Part shown: one piece after another, positions 44,825 through 53,509 of the stretch
How positions within the stretch are numbered: the first letter of the stretch is position 1
Layout: the number at the start of each line of letters is the position of its first letter
From: Candidatus Sericytochromatia bacterium
Lineage (GTDB): Bacteria; Cyanobacteriota; Sericytochromatia; UBA7694
DNA length: 64,000 nt
Assembly: GCA_964229355.1 (NCBI GenBank)
Contig: CAXRDE010000005.1
Coordinates: forward strand, 101,131-165,130
Direction of reading: 5' to 3'
Position numbers and translations under genes: made by a program
Notes under the pieces: generated by a model
The model's input: only the letters and a program-made list of their open reading frames with translations
What the model was told of the DNA's origin: nothing
Databases searched by the model: none

Positions 44825-46681
44825 CTAATTAATCACCCTGCCCACAGGGGTCACAAAGACCCGAACAGCTTGTTGACCTTGCAAATCATAAGCCACGGGA
44901 ACACTGTACTCTGTACCGGGAGAGCGCATTAAGGGTACCGTACTGCTCAGGTTGGCTGCATTATCTAATTGTTCAATCACCGAAGGGGGCATTTTAGCAT
45001 AAAGCTGACTGTCCATGGTAATGCCTGGAGACTCAGCAATCCACTTCAGGTACAAGCGCTGGGGCTCACGCTCCACGGCCAGGTCCGATAAAAGCTCGGC
45101 GTAGCTTGCATACCCCGTTTTAATACCCGCTTCGAGACGCTGAAGTGAAGCTGCATCACTGGCCAATAGCGTCATGGGGCCGTAAGCCGCATCTTCAGGC
45201 ACTTGTACCCGCAGATGACGTACCAGGGTTTCATTGCGATAGGTTTTTAGGCGCACATGCACCCCCACGCTTTCACCCGGTTTGACTTCACTGCGATCCG
45301 CCCAAATGGCATCAATGGCAGCAATGCGCGTCTGGGGAGCCAGCTGATAATTCAAGGTGATTTTTTCGATAGAAGGGCTTTGAAAGGGGTTGGCCCACAC
45401 TTGAAAAAGCTTGCTGGCCACACTCTGGGCTGCCAGTTGCGCCGCGCTCTGGGTCGGGGTAGTGGAATAATAGCCCGTCAAGGGTAGCTCCCGACCGTCC
45501 ACTTTGGCAGTACCCGAAGCTTTGATATTGCCGCCGAGATTAAACTGCAAGCGGTCACTCAAACTGTTTTGAATACCCATGGCCAGTAGCATGGGGGTGT
45601 AACTGGGATCTTGAAACACCTCAAAATTGACCTGAGTCAGGTCCACGCCAGTGCTATCCTGAATGTTAATGTGTACGGGAATCATCCGGGTGTGTAAACC
45701 GTTGGTGCCCGCAATCGCCGTCAGGCGATCCTGGGTAATGGTTCCAACTTCGCGGCCATCTTCAGCCATTTTGTAGGAACCCATTTCAGAGACCAGAATA
45801 TGGTGTACATAAGCAGTGGCCATGGGCATGCGCACATTACCGGCACCAAAGAAGGGGTGTCCAAAGGCCAGCACCTTATCGCCATCCACGTACGATACCG
45901 TGCCGGTACCGGATATGGAAATATCCCCGCGGACCATCTGCCCGGCAATCGCTCCTCCCATTTCCAGCTTATCGGGCGCTTCAGGGTGGCCCTTCCAGCC
46001 GCCTGAGCTACCCATCACCGCGTGAAACCCCATTTTCTGGAGCTGGGGTTGATAGGTGGCAAAGACATCGGGTGAAATCCCACTAATGGTGACGGGGGTG
46101 GCGATGGGTTGAAAATCTAAGGAACGCCCCTGAAATTGGACCTGACCCGAGGCCAGGAGTGGGTTTTGCGGGGTCGTAGCAGCATTGGCAGGTTGGTAAA
46201 CCTGCTGTGCTGGCAGGGCTGGCTGTTCGGGAATAGCAAACAGCTTCAACATATCTTGAATGGGGGTAATGCCCGCAATGGGCACTTTGGTAAAGGAGCC
46301 AAAGCGATAGGACAGAGCGCCAATGAGCTGGCCATCAATGTAACAGGGGCTTCCGCTCATGCCTGAGACAACCCCGGTATATTCCGCTTTGGGTCCAGAG
46401 ATTTGAGCCAGGTAAACATCAAGTCCAGGCCCGAGCATGCCCTTCATGTTTCCCAGAATCTCAAAGGCAAAAGGCTCAATCTTTGTGCCCTGAAAAACCG
46501 TTCGACATTCCCCTTTCATACCCCGTTGCACCTGAGATTGAGGTCTTAAGACTTCTTTCGCCTGCGCAGGACGGGGGGTGTGATTTACAGCGCATAAACT
46601 CAATGTCAATGCAAAAAGGAAAGTCTGCTTGAACATGCACGGCTCTTTTCCAAAAAAGTTTCTCTTCAGTTTAGCATACAA
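44825..46681 (-). CDS. Secreted serine peptidase with SpoIVB (S55)-like active-site motif
   Basis: GVVSGMSGSPCYIDGQLIGAL closely resembles the SpoIVB GMSGSPI..G..IGA catalytic Ser region. Signal peptide present (start may be the internal MFKQTFLF). The rest of the protein is unassigned. Confidence 0.45.
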   Translation of the reverse strand: MYAKLKRNFFGKEPCMFKQTFLFALTLSLCAVNHTPRPAQAKEVLRPQSQVQRGMKGECRTVFQGTKIEPFAFEILGNMKGMLGPGLDVYLAQISGPKAEYTGVVSGMSGSPCYIDGQLIGALSYRFGSFTKVPIAGITPIQDMLKLFAIPEQPALPAQQVYQPANAATTPQNPLLASGQVQFQGRSLDFQPIATPVTISGISPDVFATYQPQLQKMGFHAVMGSSGGWKGHPEAPDKLEMGGAIAGQMVRGDISISGTGTVSYVDGDKVLAFGHPFFGAGNVRMPMATAYVHHILVSEMGSYKMAEDGREVGTITQDRLTAIAGTNGLHTRMIPVHINIQDSTGVDLTQVNFEVFQDPSYTPMLLAMGIQNSLSDRLQFNLGGNIKASGTAKVDGRELPLTGYYSTTPTQSAAQLAAQSVASKLFQVWANPFQSPSIEKITLNYQLAPQTRIAAIDAIWADRSEVKPGESVGVHVRLKTYRNETLVRHLRVQVPEDAAYGPMTLLASDAASLQRLEAGIKTGYASYAELLSDLAVEREPQRLYLKWIAESPGITMDSQLYAKMPPSVIEQLDNAANLSSTVPLMRSPGTEYSVPVAYDLQGQQAVRVFVTPVGRVIN

Positions 46682-46720
46682 AAGACTACCCCCTGAGGAG
46701 AACTAGGTTACACTAAAAAT

Positions 46721-49180
46721 ATGTCAAACTGGCCTGAAATCAATCTTTCGTCACCGGATGCAGAGACCCATGCATTGGCAGAAACTCTGGGGGTTTCTCC
46801 TTTTTTGGCGCAATTGCTCAAAAACCGTGACCTGGATGCCCACGAAGCCCGTCTTATGTTGGCCGAGGTGCCGTCGCTGCACTGGCCAGAGCCCGACTTC
46901 ACTCAGGATTTACAGGAACTATTTTCAAAGCTGCATCGTGAAAACGCGCTGATTGCAATCTTTGGAGATTATGATGCCGACGGTTTAAGTGGCTCATCGG
47001 TATTGCACAGTTTTCTAAACGAAGCCGGTTTTGCGGTGACCACCCAACTGCCCACGCGCTCACAGGGCTATGGGCTGAACCCAACGACACTGCAAGCCCT
47101 GATTGACGAGGGGCATCAACTGCTCATTACCGTAGATTGTGGCATTAGCAACCGCGAAGAAATCGCTTTTTGTCGGGCCCAGGGCATGGAGGTGATCATC
47201 ACAGACCACCACGGCCTGCCCGAAATACTGCCCGAAGCCCGCTTTATATTACACCCTCAGGTCCTTGACATTGAAGCCTTGCAAAACCTGTCGGGGGCAG
47301 GCATGGCCTACTGGCTCACCTGTTTACTGGCTCCTGCTTTCCCGCAGGCTCCAGCTCCCGAGACGCGTCTTGACCTGGCGGTTCTCGGCACCCTGGCAGA
47401 TATGACTCCTTTACGGGGTCTCAATTTTGCTCTGGCAAAACGGGGGCTACAGGCGTTTCAAAAAACCCAGCGACAGGGGCTACTGGCCTTATGTCAGCTC
47501 AAAAACATTGTTTTAGAAACCTTAACCGAAGACGACCTCACCTTTCGCCTGATTCCACTACTCAATGCCGCCGGGCGTATTGACTCTCCGAAGCCCGCGC
47601 TGGATCTGTTATTGGCTCCCACCGAAAACGAAGCAAAGCAATTGGCAACGGAGCTAGAGTCGCTCAATAGGCAACGGCAACACTACTGCCAGGAAGTCTT
47701 GCAGTCCGCCCAGGCAAAACTTCAGGGTCACACCGGTCAGACCATTGTCCTGGCCGACGCCCAATGGCCCCACGGTGTCCTGGGCATTACCTGCTCCCAA
47801 CTTCTGGGGGAATATCACCAGCCGGTAGTCCTCATGGCCATTGAAGAAGGAGGCCAGATTGCCAAAGGCTCCATTCGCGCCCCGGAAGGCTACCACGTGC
47901 TCCAGGCACTTCAGCAATGCCAACATTTATTATTGAAGTTTGGCGGCCACGAAATGGCCGGCGGTTTTAGCATTAATACTGCCCGTATTGCTGATTTTGC
48001 ACAGGCTTTTGACAGGGCTTGTCAGTCTCAACAAGGGGAATACACCCATCACATTCAGGTGGACATGGCCTTGAACCCGCGTTTGCTCAGCCTTGATCTC
48101 TGGAAAGAGACCCGGCAACTGGCCCCCTTTGGCGTGGGCAACCCCGCTCCCCTTCTGATGAGCTTAAAAGCACCACTCAGCGACGTTAAACCCGATAAAA
48201 AATCCCAGACCCATTTGTTTGCCCAGCTGGGCTCCGATATCCGCGTTAAAGCCTGGGGTTCCTGGCAAGCTGAGTATGTCAGAGCCTCGTCCTTCGACCT
48301 GATTTATCGCCTGGAACGTAACCGTTGGCGCGGCAAAGACAAGTTAGAACTTACCCTGGAGCACCTTCGGGTTTCTCCTGCCCAACCCGCGCCGCGCGCC
48401 CCCCAGACATCCACACCCCGCGAGACAGTCCCGCCACCCCCAGCCACCGTACGCGCCGTTGTGCCCAAACAACCAGCTCGCCGCCTACAAAGCCCCTACC
48501 CCGCTCAGCCGCTAACCCCCAGTGCGTATCTTCCCGGCTTTTTTAGCGCGGGAGGAGAGTGGTGGCAGGTGCCCGAGGTGCGGTATACCGATTTGCCTGA
48601 ACCAGGGGCCCATTGGCATGATATGCGCCACCACAGTGAGTCCCCTGAATATAGCGTGCAGTACCATCTCAGCTGTCCCGCCCATGCGGTCTTAAAAACC
48701 GCAAAACCCGGTGAATTTTCGGGCCTCTTATTGGGGGAGCTCCCCCCCCAGGGGCAGCTCGAACACTACCGGCACAGTTTCCATAATATTTATCTTACCG
48801 CTCAAACCAGCCCCACCCCTTTGCCTCACTTTACTCAGTTGCAGCAAGTCATTCAGTGGCTCGGAGAACCGCAGAATGCAGGAACGCCCCTACGTAGCGC
48901 CCTGGATCTCGCCCAGATGATGCATTGGGATCGCTATCAGGCAAAAATCTGCCTCAGAGCCTTGTGTGATCTGGGGCTCTTGACATATGATAGGGAACGT
49001 TATTGTTTAAGTTATAAGAATCAAGCCTATCATTTGGAAAACAGCGTGTTTTATCAGGAAGAAAAAGCTTTTTGGCAAGCCCGTCAAAGCGCCCAGCGCC
49101 TGTGGCATCACCTCTCCTTTGAGCGGCTCAAAAATTTATTAATTCAGGAAGCTTTCCATGACACAGACTCTCTCCCATGA
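46721..49180 (+). CDS. recJ: Single-stranded-DNA-specific exonuclease RecJ with about 250-aa C-terminal extension
   Basis: DHH motifs (DYDADGLSG, ITVDCGIS, ITDHH), DHHA1 region (GGHEMAGGF), then a Pro-rich linker and an unassigned C-terminal domain. Confidence 0.85.
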   Translation: MSNWPEINLSSPDAETHALAETLGVSPFLAQLLKNRDLDAHEARLMLAEVPSLHWPEPDFTQDLQELFSKLHRENALIAIFGDYDADGLSGSSVLHSFLNEAGFAVTTQLPTRSQGYGLNPTTLQALIDEGHQLLITVDCGISNREEIAFCRAQGMEVIITDHHGLPEILPEARFILHPQVLDIEALQNLSGAGMAYWLTCLLAPAFPQAPAPETRLDLAVLGTLADMTPLRGLNFALAKRGLQAFQKTQRQGLLALCQLKNIVLETLTEDDLTFRLIPLLNAAGRIDSPKPALDLLLAPTENEAKQLATELESLNRQRQHYCQEVLQSAQAKLQGHTGQTIVLADAQWPHGVLGITCSQLLGEYHQPVVLMAIEEGGQIAKGSIRAPEGYHVLQALQQCQHLLLKFGGHEMAGGFSINTARIADFAQAFDRACQSQQGEYTHHIQVDMALNPRLLSLDLWKETRQLAPFGVGNPAPLLMSLKAPLSDVKPDKKSQTHLFAQLGSDIRVKAWGSWQAEYVRASSFDLIYRLERNRWRGKDKLELTLEHLRVSPAQPAPRAPQTSTPRETVPPPPATVRAVVPKQPARRLQSPYPAQPLTPSAYLPGFFSAGGEWWQVPEVRYTDLPEPGAHWHDMRHHSESPEYSVQYHLSCPAHAVLKTAKPGEFSGLLLGELPPQGQLEHYRHSFHNIYLTAQTSPTPLPHFTQLQQVIQWLGEPQNAGTPLRSALDLAQMMHWDRYQAKICLRALCDLGLLTYDRERYCLSYKNQAYHLENSVFYQEEKAFWQARQSAQRLWHHLSFERLKNLLIQEAFHDTDSLP

Positions 49181-49694
49181 AGAAGCCCTTAAGCACTATA
49201 TCCGGGATGTGGCTGACTTTCCCAAGCCCGGTATATTATTTAAAGACATTACCCCCCTGCTTAAGTCCCCTGAAGCCCTTAAACGCATCGTACAAGCAAT
49301 GGTTGAAGTCTGCGAAACCGATCGTCCCGATTATATCGCCGGGATTGAGTCCCGCGGTTTTATTCTGGGAATGCCGCTGGCCCATGAGCTCAATGTGGGC
49401 TTTATTCCTGTCCGCAAAGCGGGCAAGTTACCTGCTGCCACCTATCGCCAGGAGTATAGCCTCGAATACGGCACTGACGTGTTAGAGATTCACCAGGACG
49501 CCATTGAGCCCGGTAAAAAAGTGTGGGTCATTGATGACTTGCTCGCTACCGGAGGTACCGCTGCAGCCACCTTAGCCCTGCTGGAGCAAACCGGAGCCGA
49601 CGTACTGGGCATGTTATTTGCCATTGAATTAAATTTCTTAAACGGACGGGAGAAACTGTCGCCTTGCAAGACGATCAGCCTGATGAAGTACTAA
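49158..49694 (+). CDS. apt: Adenine phosphoribosyltransferase
   Basis: FKDITPLL, VWVIDDLLATGGT PRPP-binding motif. Confidence 0.85.
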   Translation: MTQTLSHEEALKHYIRDVADFPKPGILFKDITPLLKSPEALKRIVQAMVEVCETDRPDYIAGIESRGFILGMPLAHELNVGFIPVRKAGKLPAATYRQEYSLEYGTDVLEIHQDAIEPGKKVWVIDDLLATGGTAAATLALLEQTGADVLGMLFAIELNFLNGREKLSPCKTISLMKY

Positions 49695-52003
49695 AACAAA
49701 AACGCCCACGTCTTGATTTAGACTGGAACGAAAATTTGGAAGCCGACTACCCGCCCTATGTGGCCAGTCTGATGCGCCACTTGCGCACCAAACTGAGCTA
49801 TGCAAGCCCTGAAGACGTCACCCTCGCGCGCAAGGCTTTTTTTGTGGCCTATGAACTCCACAAGCATCAAACCCGTAAATCTGGCGAGCCCTATATTATT
49901 CACCCCTACGAGGTGGCCCTGATTCTCACCGAGCTGAACGCAGGGGGCGAAACCCTGGCTGCAGGCTTTTTACACGACATCTTAGAAGACACCGACTTCA
50001 CCAACGAAGAGATGACCGAAGCCTTTGGTGAAACCGTCTGCCATCTGGTGGATGGGGTGACCAAGCTCAGCAAATTCTCATTCTCCTCCACTGAAGAGCG
50101 CCAGGCAGAAAACTTCCGCCGCATGTTTGTGGCCATGGCCAAAGACATTCGCGTGGTCATTATTAAGCTGGCGGACCGCCTACACAATATGCGCACCCTC
50201 GATCACATGAAAGAAGAAAAGCAAAAAAAGATCGCTCAGGAAACCCTCGATATTTTTGCACCCCTGGCCCACCGCCTGGGAATCGGTCGCCTCAAATGGG
50301 AGCTAGAAGATCTGTGCTTGCGCTACCTTCACCCTTCTGAGTACCTCAAAATCTCACAACAGCTGTCACAAAAGCGTGCCCTGCGAGAAGAAACCCTGGG
50401 CGAAGCCGTCGATGTTTTAAAAAAGGGGCTTATTGAGTTAGGCCATAACTTCTACGTGGGTGAAGAAAACCCCGAAAGCGCCCGTCAAAAAGGCAAACAA
50501 ATTCAAATTTTGAGCCGTGTAAAAAACTTTTATAGCATCTACAACAAAGTGTTTGCTAAAAATAAAGAATTCACCGATATTTATGATTATTACGGCCTCC
50601 GGGTGCTGGCGCCTACCGAAACCGACTGTTACACCGTGTTGGGTATTGTTCACGCCATTTGGAAGCCTATCCCCGGACGTTTTAAAGACTACATTGCCAT
50701 GCCCAAGCAGAACATGTATCAGTCATTGCATACCACCGTCATGGGCAAAAGCGGGCAACCCTTAGAGGTGCAAATTCGCACCTATGAGATGGAGCAAATT
50801 TCAGAGTTCGGGATCGCCGCCCACTGGAAATACAAACAGGGCAACAAAGGCTCTAAGACAGACTTACAACTCACGTGGTTGCGCCAGTTATTGGATTGGC
50901 AAAATGACCTTAAAGATGCCGAAGAGTTTATGGACAACGTCAAAGAAAATCTCTTTGAAGACGATGTCTATGTGTTTACCCCCCAGGGCGATCTGCACGT
51001 GCTGCCTCGGGGCGCCACGGCCGTAGACTTTGCCTATAAAATCCACACCCAGGTAGGCAATCGCTGCATTGGCGCAAAAATGAACGGGCGCATTATTTCA
51101 TTGCCCACACCCCTCGAAAATGGCGCTCAGGTAGAGATCCTGACCAGTAAAAACGCTCAGCCCAATCTGGGCTGGTTAAACTTCGTAATCACCAACCAGG
51201 CGAAAAACCAGATTCGGAAGCACTATAAAAAAGAGCAGCGTGAAGACAACATCAAACGGGGCCGAGAACTTTTAGAGTCTGAGTTTGGCAAAGAGGGCCT
51301 TGAAAACTTTCTCAAGTCCAAAAGCATGGATGAGTTGGCACAGCGGTTTAATCGCAATTCAGTAGATGACTTATTGGCCACCGTGGGCTATGGGGAAATC
51401 ACCCCCCGCCAACTGCTCAACCGCGTTCGCACCGGCCCCCTCAATCCCGATAAACTGCCCAGGTCTGCCGAAAAAGTGCTGGGTGAAACAGTCCCTCAGG
51501 GGCGCTTGCGCCGGGCCGATAAACAGCGAGAAAAAGGCCTCTTAATTGCCGGAGAGCCCGGTGTCATGGCGTTTTTCCCCAAGTGCTGTACACCCGTTCC
51601 CGGCGAACCCATTATTGGGGTCGTCACCCGAGGCAAAGGCGTTGCGGTTCACTCCAAAGAGTGCCCAAATCTGGGGCAGGTGAACGAAAAACGCTTTATT
51701 CCCGCCAGTTGGGGCATCATGAACAATGAAACCTACCCTGTGGAATTGGAAATTTTCACCATTGATCGCCGCGGACTGCTCAAGGAGGTCATTACCCGAC
51801 TCAGCGACAACAAAATTAACATTTTGGCCGCCAACATCAATACGAACCAGGACAAAACCGCCAAGTTAGATCTGGTGGTGGAAGTTTCAAACATTGAAGA
51901 GCTGAGAAAAATCATGCAGAAGCTGCGTCAGATGAGCGATGTGCTCAGTGTGAATCGGGTCATTAAAATGTCAAGAAGCATGAAAAAAGCCACAAAAAAG
52001 TAA
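49664..52003 (+). CDS. Bifunctional (p)ppGpp synthetase/hydrolase RelA/SpoT family
   Basis: HD domain (HPYEVALIL...HD), synthetase motifs (RVKNFYSIYNK, DYIAMPKQNMYQSLHTTV), TGS and ACT regions. TTG start with GGAGA RBS, overlapping the apt end. ATG alternatives at 49772/49775. Confidence 0.85.
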   Translation: MQDDQPDEVLKQKRPRLDLDWNENLEADYPPYVASLMRHLRTKLSYASPEDVTLARKAFFVAYELHKHQTRKSGEPYIIHPYEVALILTELNAGGETLAAGFLHDILEDTDFTNEEMTEAFGETVCHLVDGVTKLSKFSFSSTEERQAENFRRMFVAMAKDIRVVIIKLADRLHNMRTLDHMKEEKQKKIAQETLDIFAPLAHRLGIGRLKWELEDLCLRYLHPSEYLKISQQLSQKRALREETLGEAVDVLKKGLIELGHNFYVGEENPESARQKGKQIQILSRVKNFYSIYNKVFAKNKEFTDIYDYYGLRVLAPTETDCYTVLGIVHAIWKPIPGRFKDYIAMPKQNMYQSLHTTVMGKSGQPLEVQIRTYEMEQISEFGIAAHWKYKQGNKGSKTDLQLTWLRQLLDWQNDLKDAEEFMDNVKENLFEDDVYVFTPQGDLHVLPRGATAVDFAYKIHTQVGNRCIGAKMNGRIISLPTPLENGAQVEILTSKNAQPNLGWLNFVITNQAKNQIRKHYKKEQREDNIKRGRELLESEFGKEGLENFLKSKSMDELAQRFNRNSVDDLLATVGYGEITPRQLLNRVRTGPLNPDKLPRSAEKVLGETVPQGRLRRADKQREKGLLIAGEPGVMAFFPKCCTPVPGEPIIGVVTRGKGVAVHSKECPNLGQVNEKRFIPASWGIMNNETYPVELEIFTIDRRGLLKEVITRLSDNKINILAANINTNQDKTAKLDLVVEVSNIEELRKIMQKLRQMSDVLSVNRVIKMSRSMKKATKK

Positions 52004-52096
52004 AGTCCGACCCGATTTACCCCGCTATCGGGATGATTCTTGAAGCAAAAATCGGTTACAATTTGACATAACCACCTGATCAAAGGAACGTCTGCT

Positions 52097-53452
52097 ATGT
52101 TGAGTCGTCGCTATTGGAGTCAATCTACCCTTTCATTGTGTACTACCCTGGGATTACTCAGTGTGATCAGCAGTTGTGGAGACAATAAACAACCACCACC
52201 GGTGGGAGCCATTAACGGTCAAATTCCCGGTGCGCTGCAACCCCTACCCGGCACCGATCCCAATTTTGTAGACCCCAATTTCGTTGATCCCAACTTTGTC
52301 GACCCCAATGCCCCTTACGACCCTGCCCTGGATGCAGGTATTGACGCGGGTGTGGGTGTGAACCCGGGTACCCCGACTGATCCGGGCCTTACGGACCCAG
52401 GTGTGGATCCTGGCGCAGACCCCGGAAGCGATCCAAACTTCAACCCGCCTGACACAGGGGCCGTTGGTGAAGATGTACCCGGTGGTGAAGCCCCTGTGGG
52501 TGGAGATAACCCCTATATCGGCGACGCCCCTGACGACGGTAGCGATTTACTGGGTGACAGCGGCGATTTGCCTGACTTAGGAGGCGACGTCTTTGGCAGT
52601 GAGCCACCTGCCGCAGACCCCAGCAAAGGAAATACGTTTCTGGGCATTGTCAAAAACCCCAAAGTGAATTATCTGAGCGGTTTAGCCAGCAGTGGCAATC
52701 AGATTTACATGGGTCATTACAATGACGGCATCATAAACAATGACCGCTATATCCGCAGTTTTAATCTGGGCGATGGCACCACCAATGACGTGAGTATCTA
52801 CAGTCAGTTTCGCGATGGTGATAACCCTACCCGTCTCATTGCGGGCGTGAGTATTGCCAACGGTGAGCTGTGGGCCACCCTCAATGAACCCGACGGCAGT
52901 GGCTTTAACGTTTTTCGTTATAGCAGTTCAGGCACAAAAATTAAAACCTATAGCGTGGGCCAGGCCGGCCTGGGAGATATCGCCGTCGGTGGCGGTAAAG
53001 CCTTTATTGCCAGTCCCGCCGATCAAGGGGTGGTGAGCTTAGATATTCAAAGCAGTCAGGCCAACCTGATCAGCTCAGGATCTCCCGCTGGCCTCGGCGT
53101 CGACGGCAGCGGTAATGTATGGGTTACCGTCAACGGAGAAATTGTTCAATACAATGGCAGCACGGGCAATGAAATGCTCCGCTTTAATGGCGCAGGGAAA
53201 AACGGAAGTGGTAAAGCCATTTCAAACATCGGAGACGTGGCTGTAGACCCCAATAACGGCGATGTGTACGTGGTTTCTGGCTCTGGCCCAGGCACCGTTA
53301 TTGCTCGCTACGACTCCCGTGGTAACTATATTCACAGCTTTGGTAATTCGAATTTAAGCAGCCCCAAAGGACTCGCCATAGGCTCCAATGGACACCTCTA
53401 TGTCAGCGACAGTCAACTGGGTGCAGTGATTGCCTTTGATGCTGGAAAATAA
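52097..53452 (+). CDS. Lipoprotein with DPNFV tandem repeats, low-complexity acidic linker and C-terminal NHL/beta-propeller-like repeats
   Basis: Lipobox ISSCG; C-terminal repeats such as GLAIGSNGHLYVSDSQLGAVIAFD. Confidence 0.5.
   Translation: MLSRRYWSQSTLSLCTTLGLLSVISSCGDNKQPPPVGAINGQIPGALQPLPGTDPNFVDPNFVDPNFVDPNAPYDPALDAGIDAGVGVNPGTPTDPGLTDPGVDPGADPGSDPNFNPPDTGAVGEDVPGGEAPVGGDNPYIGDAPDDGSDLLGDSGDLPDLGGDVFGSEPPAADPSKGNTFLGIVKNPKVNYLSGLASSGNQIYMGHYNDGIINNDRYIRSFNLGDGTTNDVSIYSQFRDGDNPTRLIAGVSIANGELWATLNEPDGSGFNVFRYSSSGTKIKTYSVGQAGLGDIAVGGGKAFIASPADQGVVSLDIQSSQANLISSGSPAGLGVDGSGNVWVTVNGEIVQYNGSTGNEMLRFNGAGKNGSGKAISNIGDVAVDPNNGDVYVVSGSGPGTVIARYDSRGNYIHSFGNSNLSSPKGLAIGSNGHLYVSDSQLGAVIAFDAGK
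52256..52309 (+). repeat. 15-nt tandem repeat x3.6 (encodes DPNFV x3.6)
   Basis: gatcccaattttgta / gaccccaatttcgtt / gatcccaactttgtc / gaccccaat. Confidence 0.8.
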
Positions 53453-53509
53453 AGGGAAAAAGCTCAGGCTCGTCCCATGAACTGCCGCCATACCCTTGCC
53501 GCTTAACTT

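Noticed and set aside
44825-46681. Calling the peptidase a bona fide sporulation SpoIVB
   Set aside because: Only the catalytic-Ser region matches and its position is different. The organism shows no other sporulation genes in the window, so the call is only SpoIVB-like serine peptidase.
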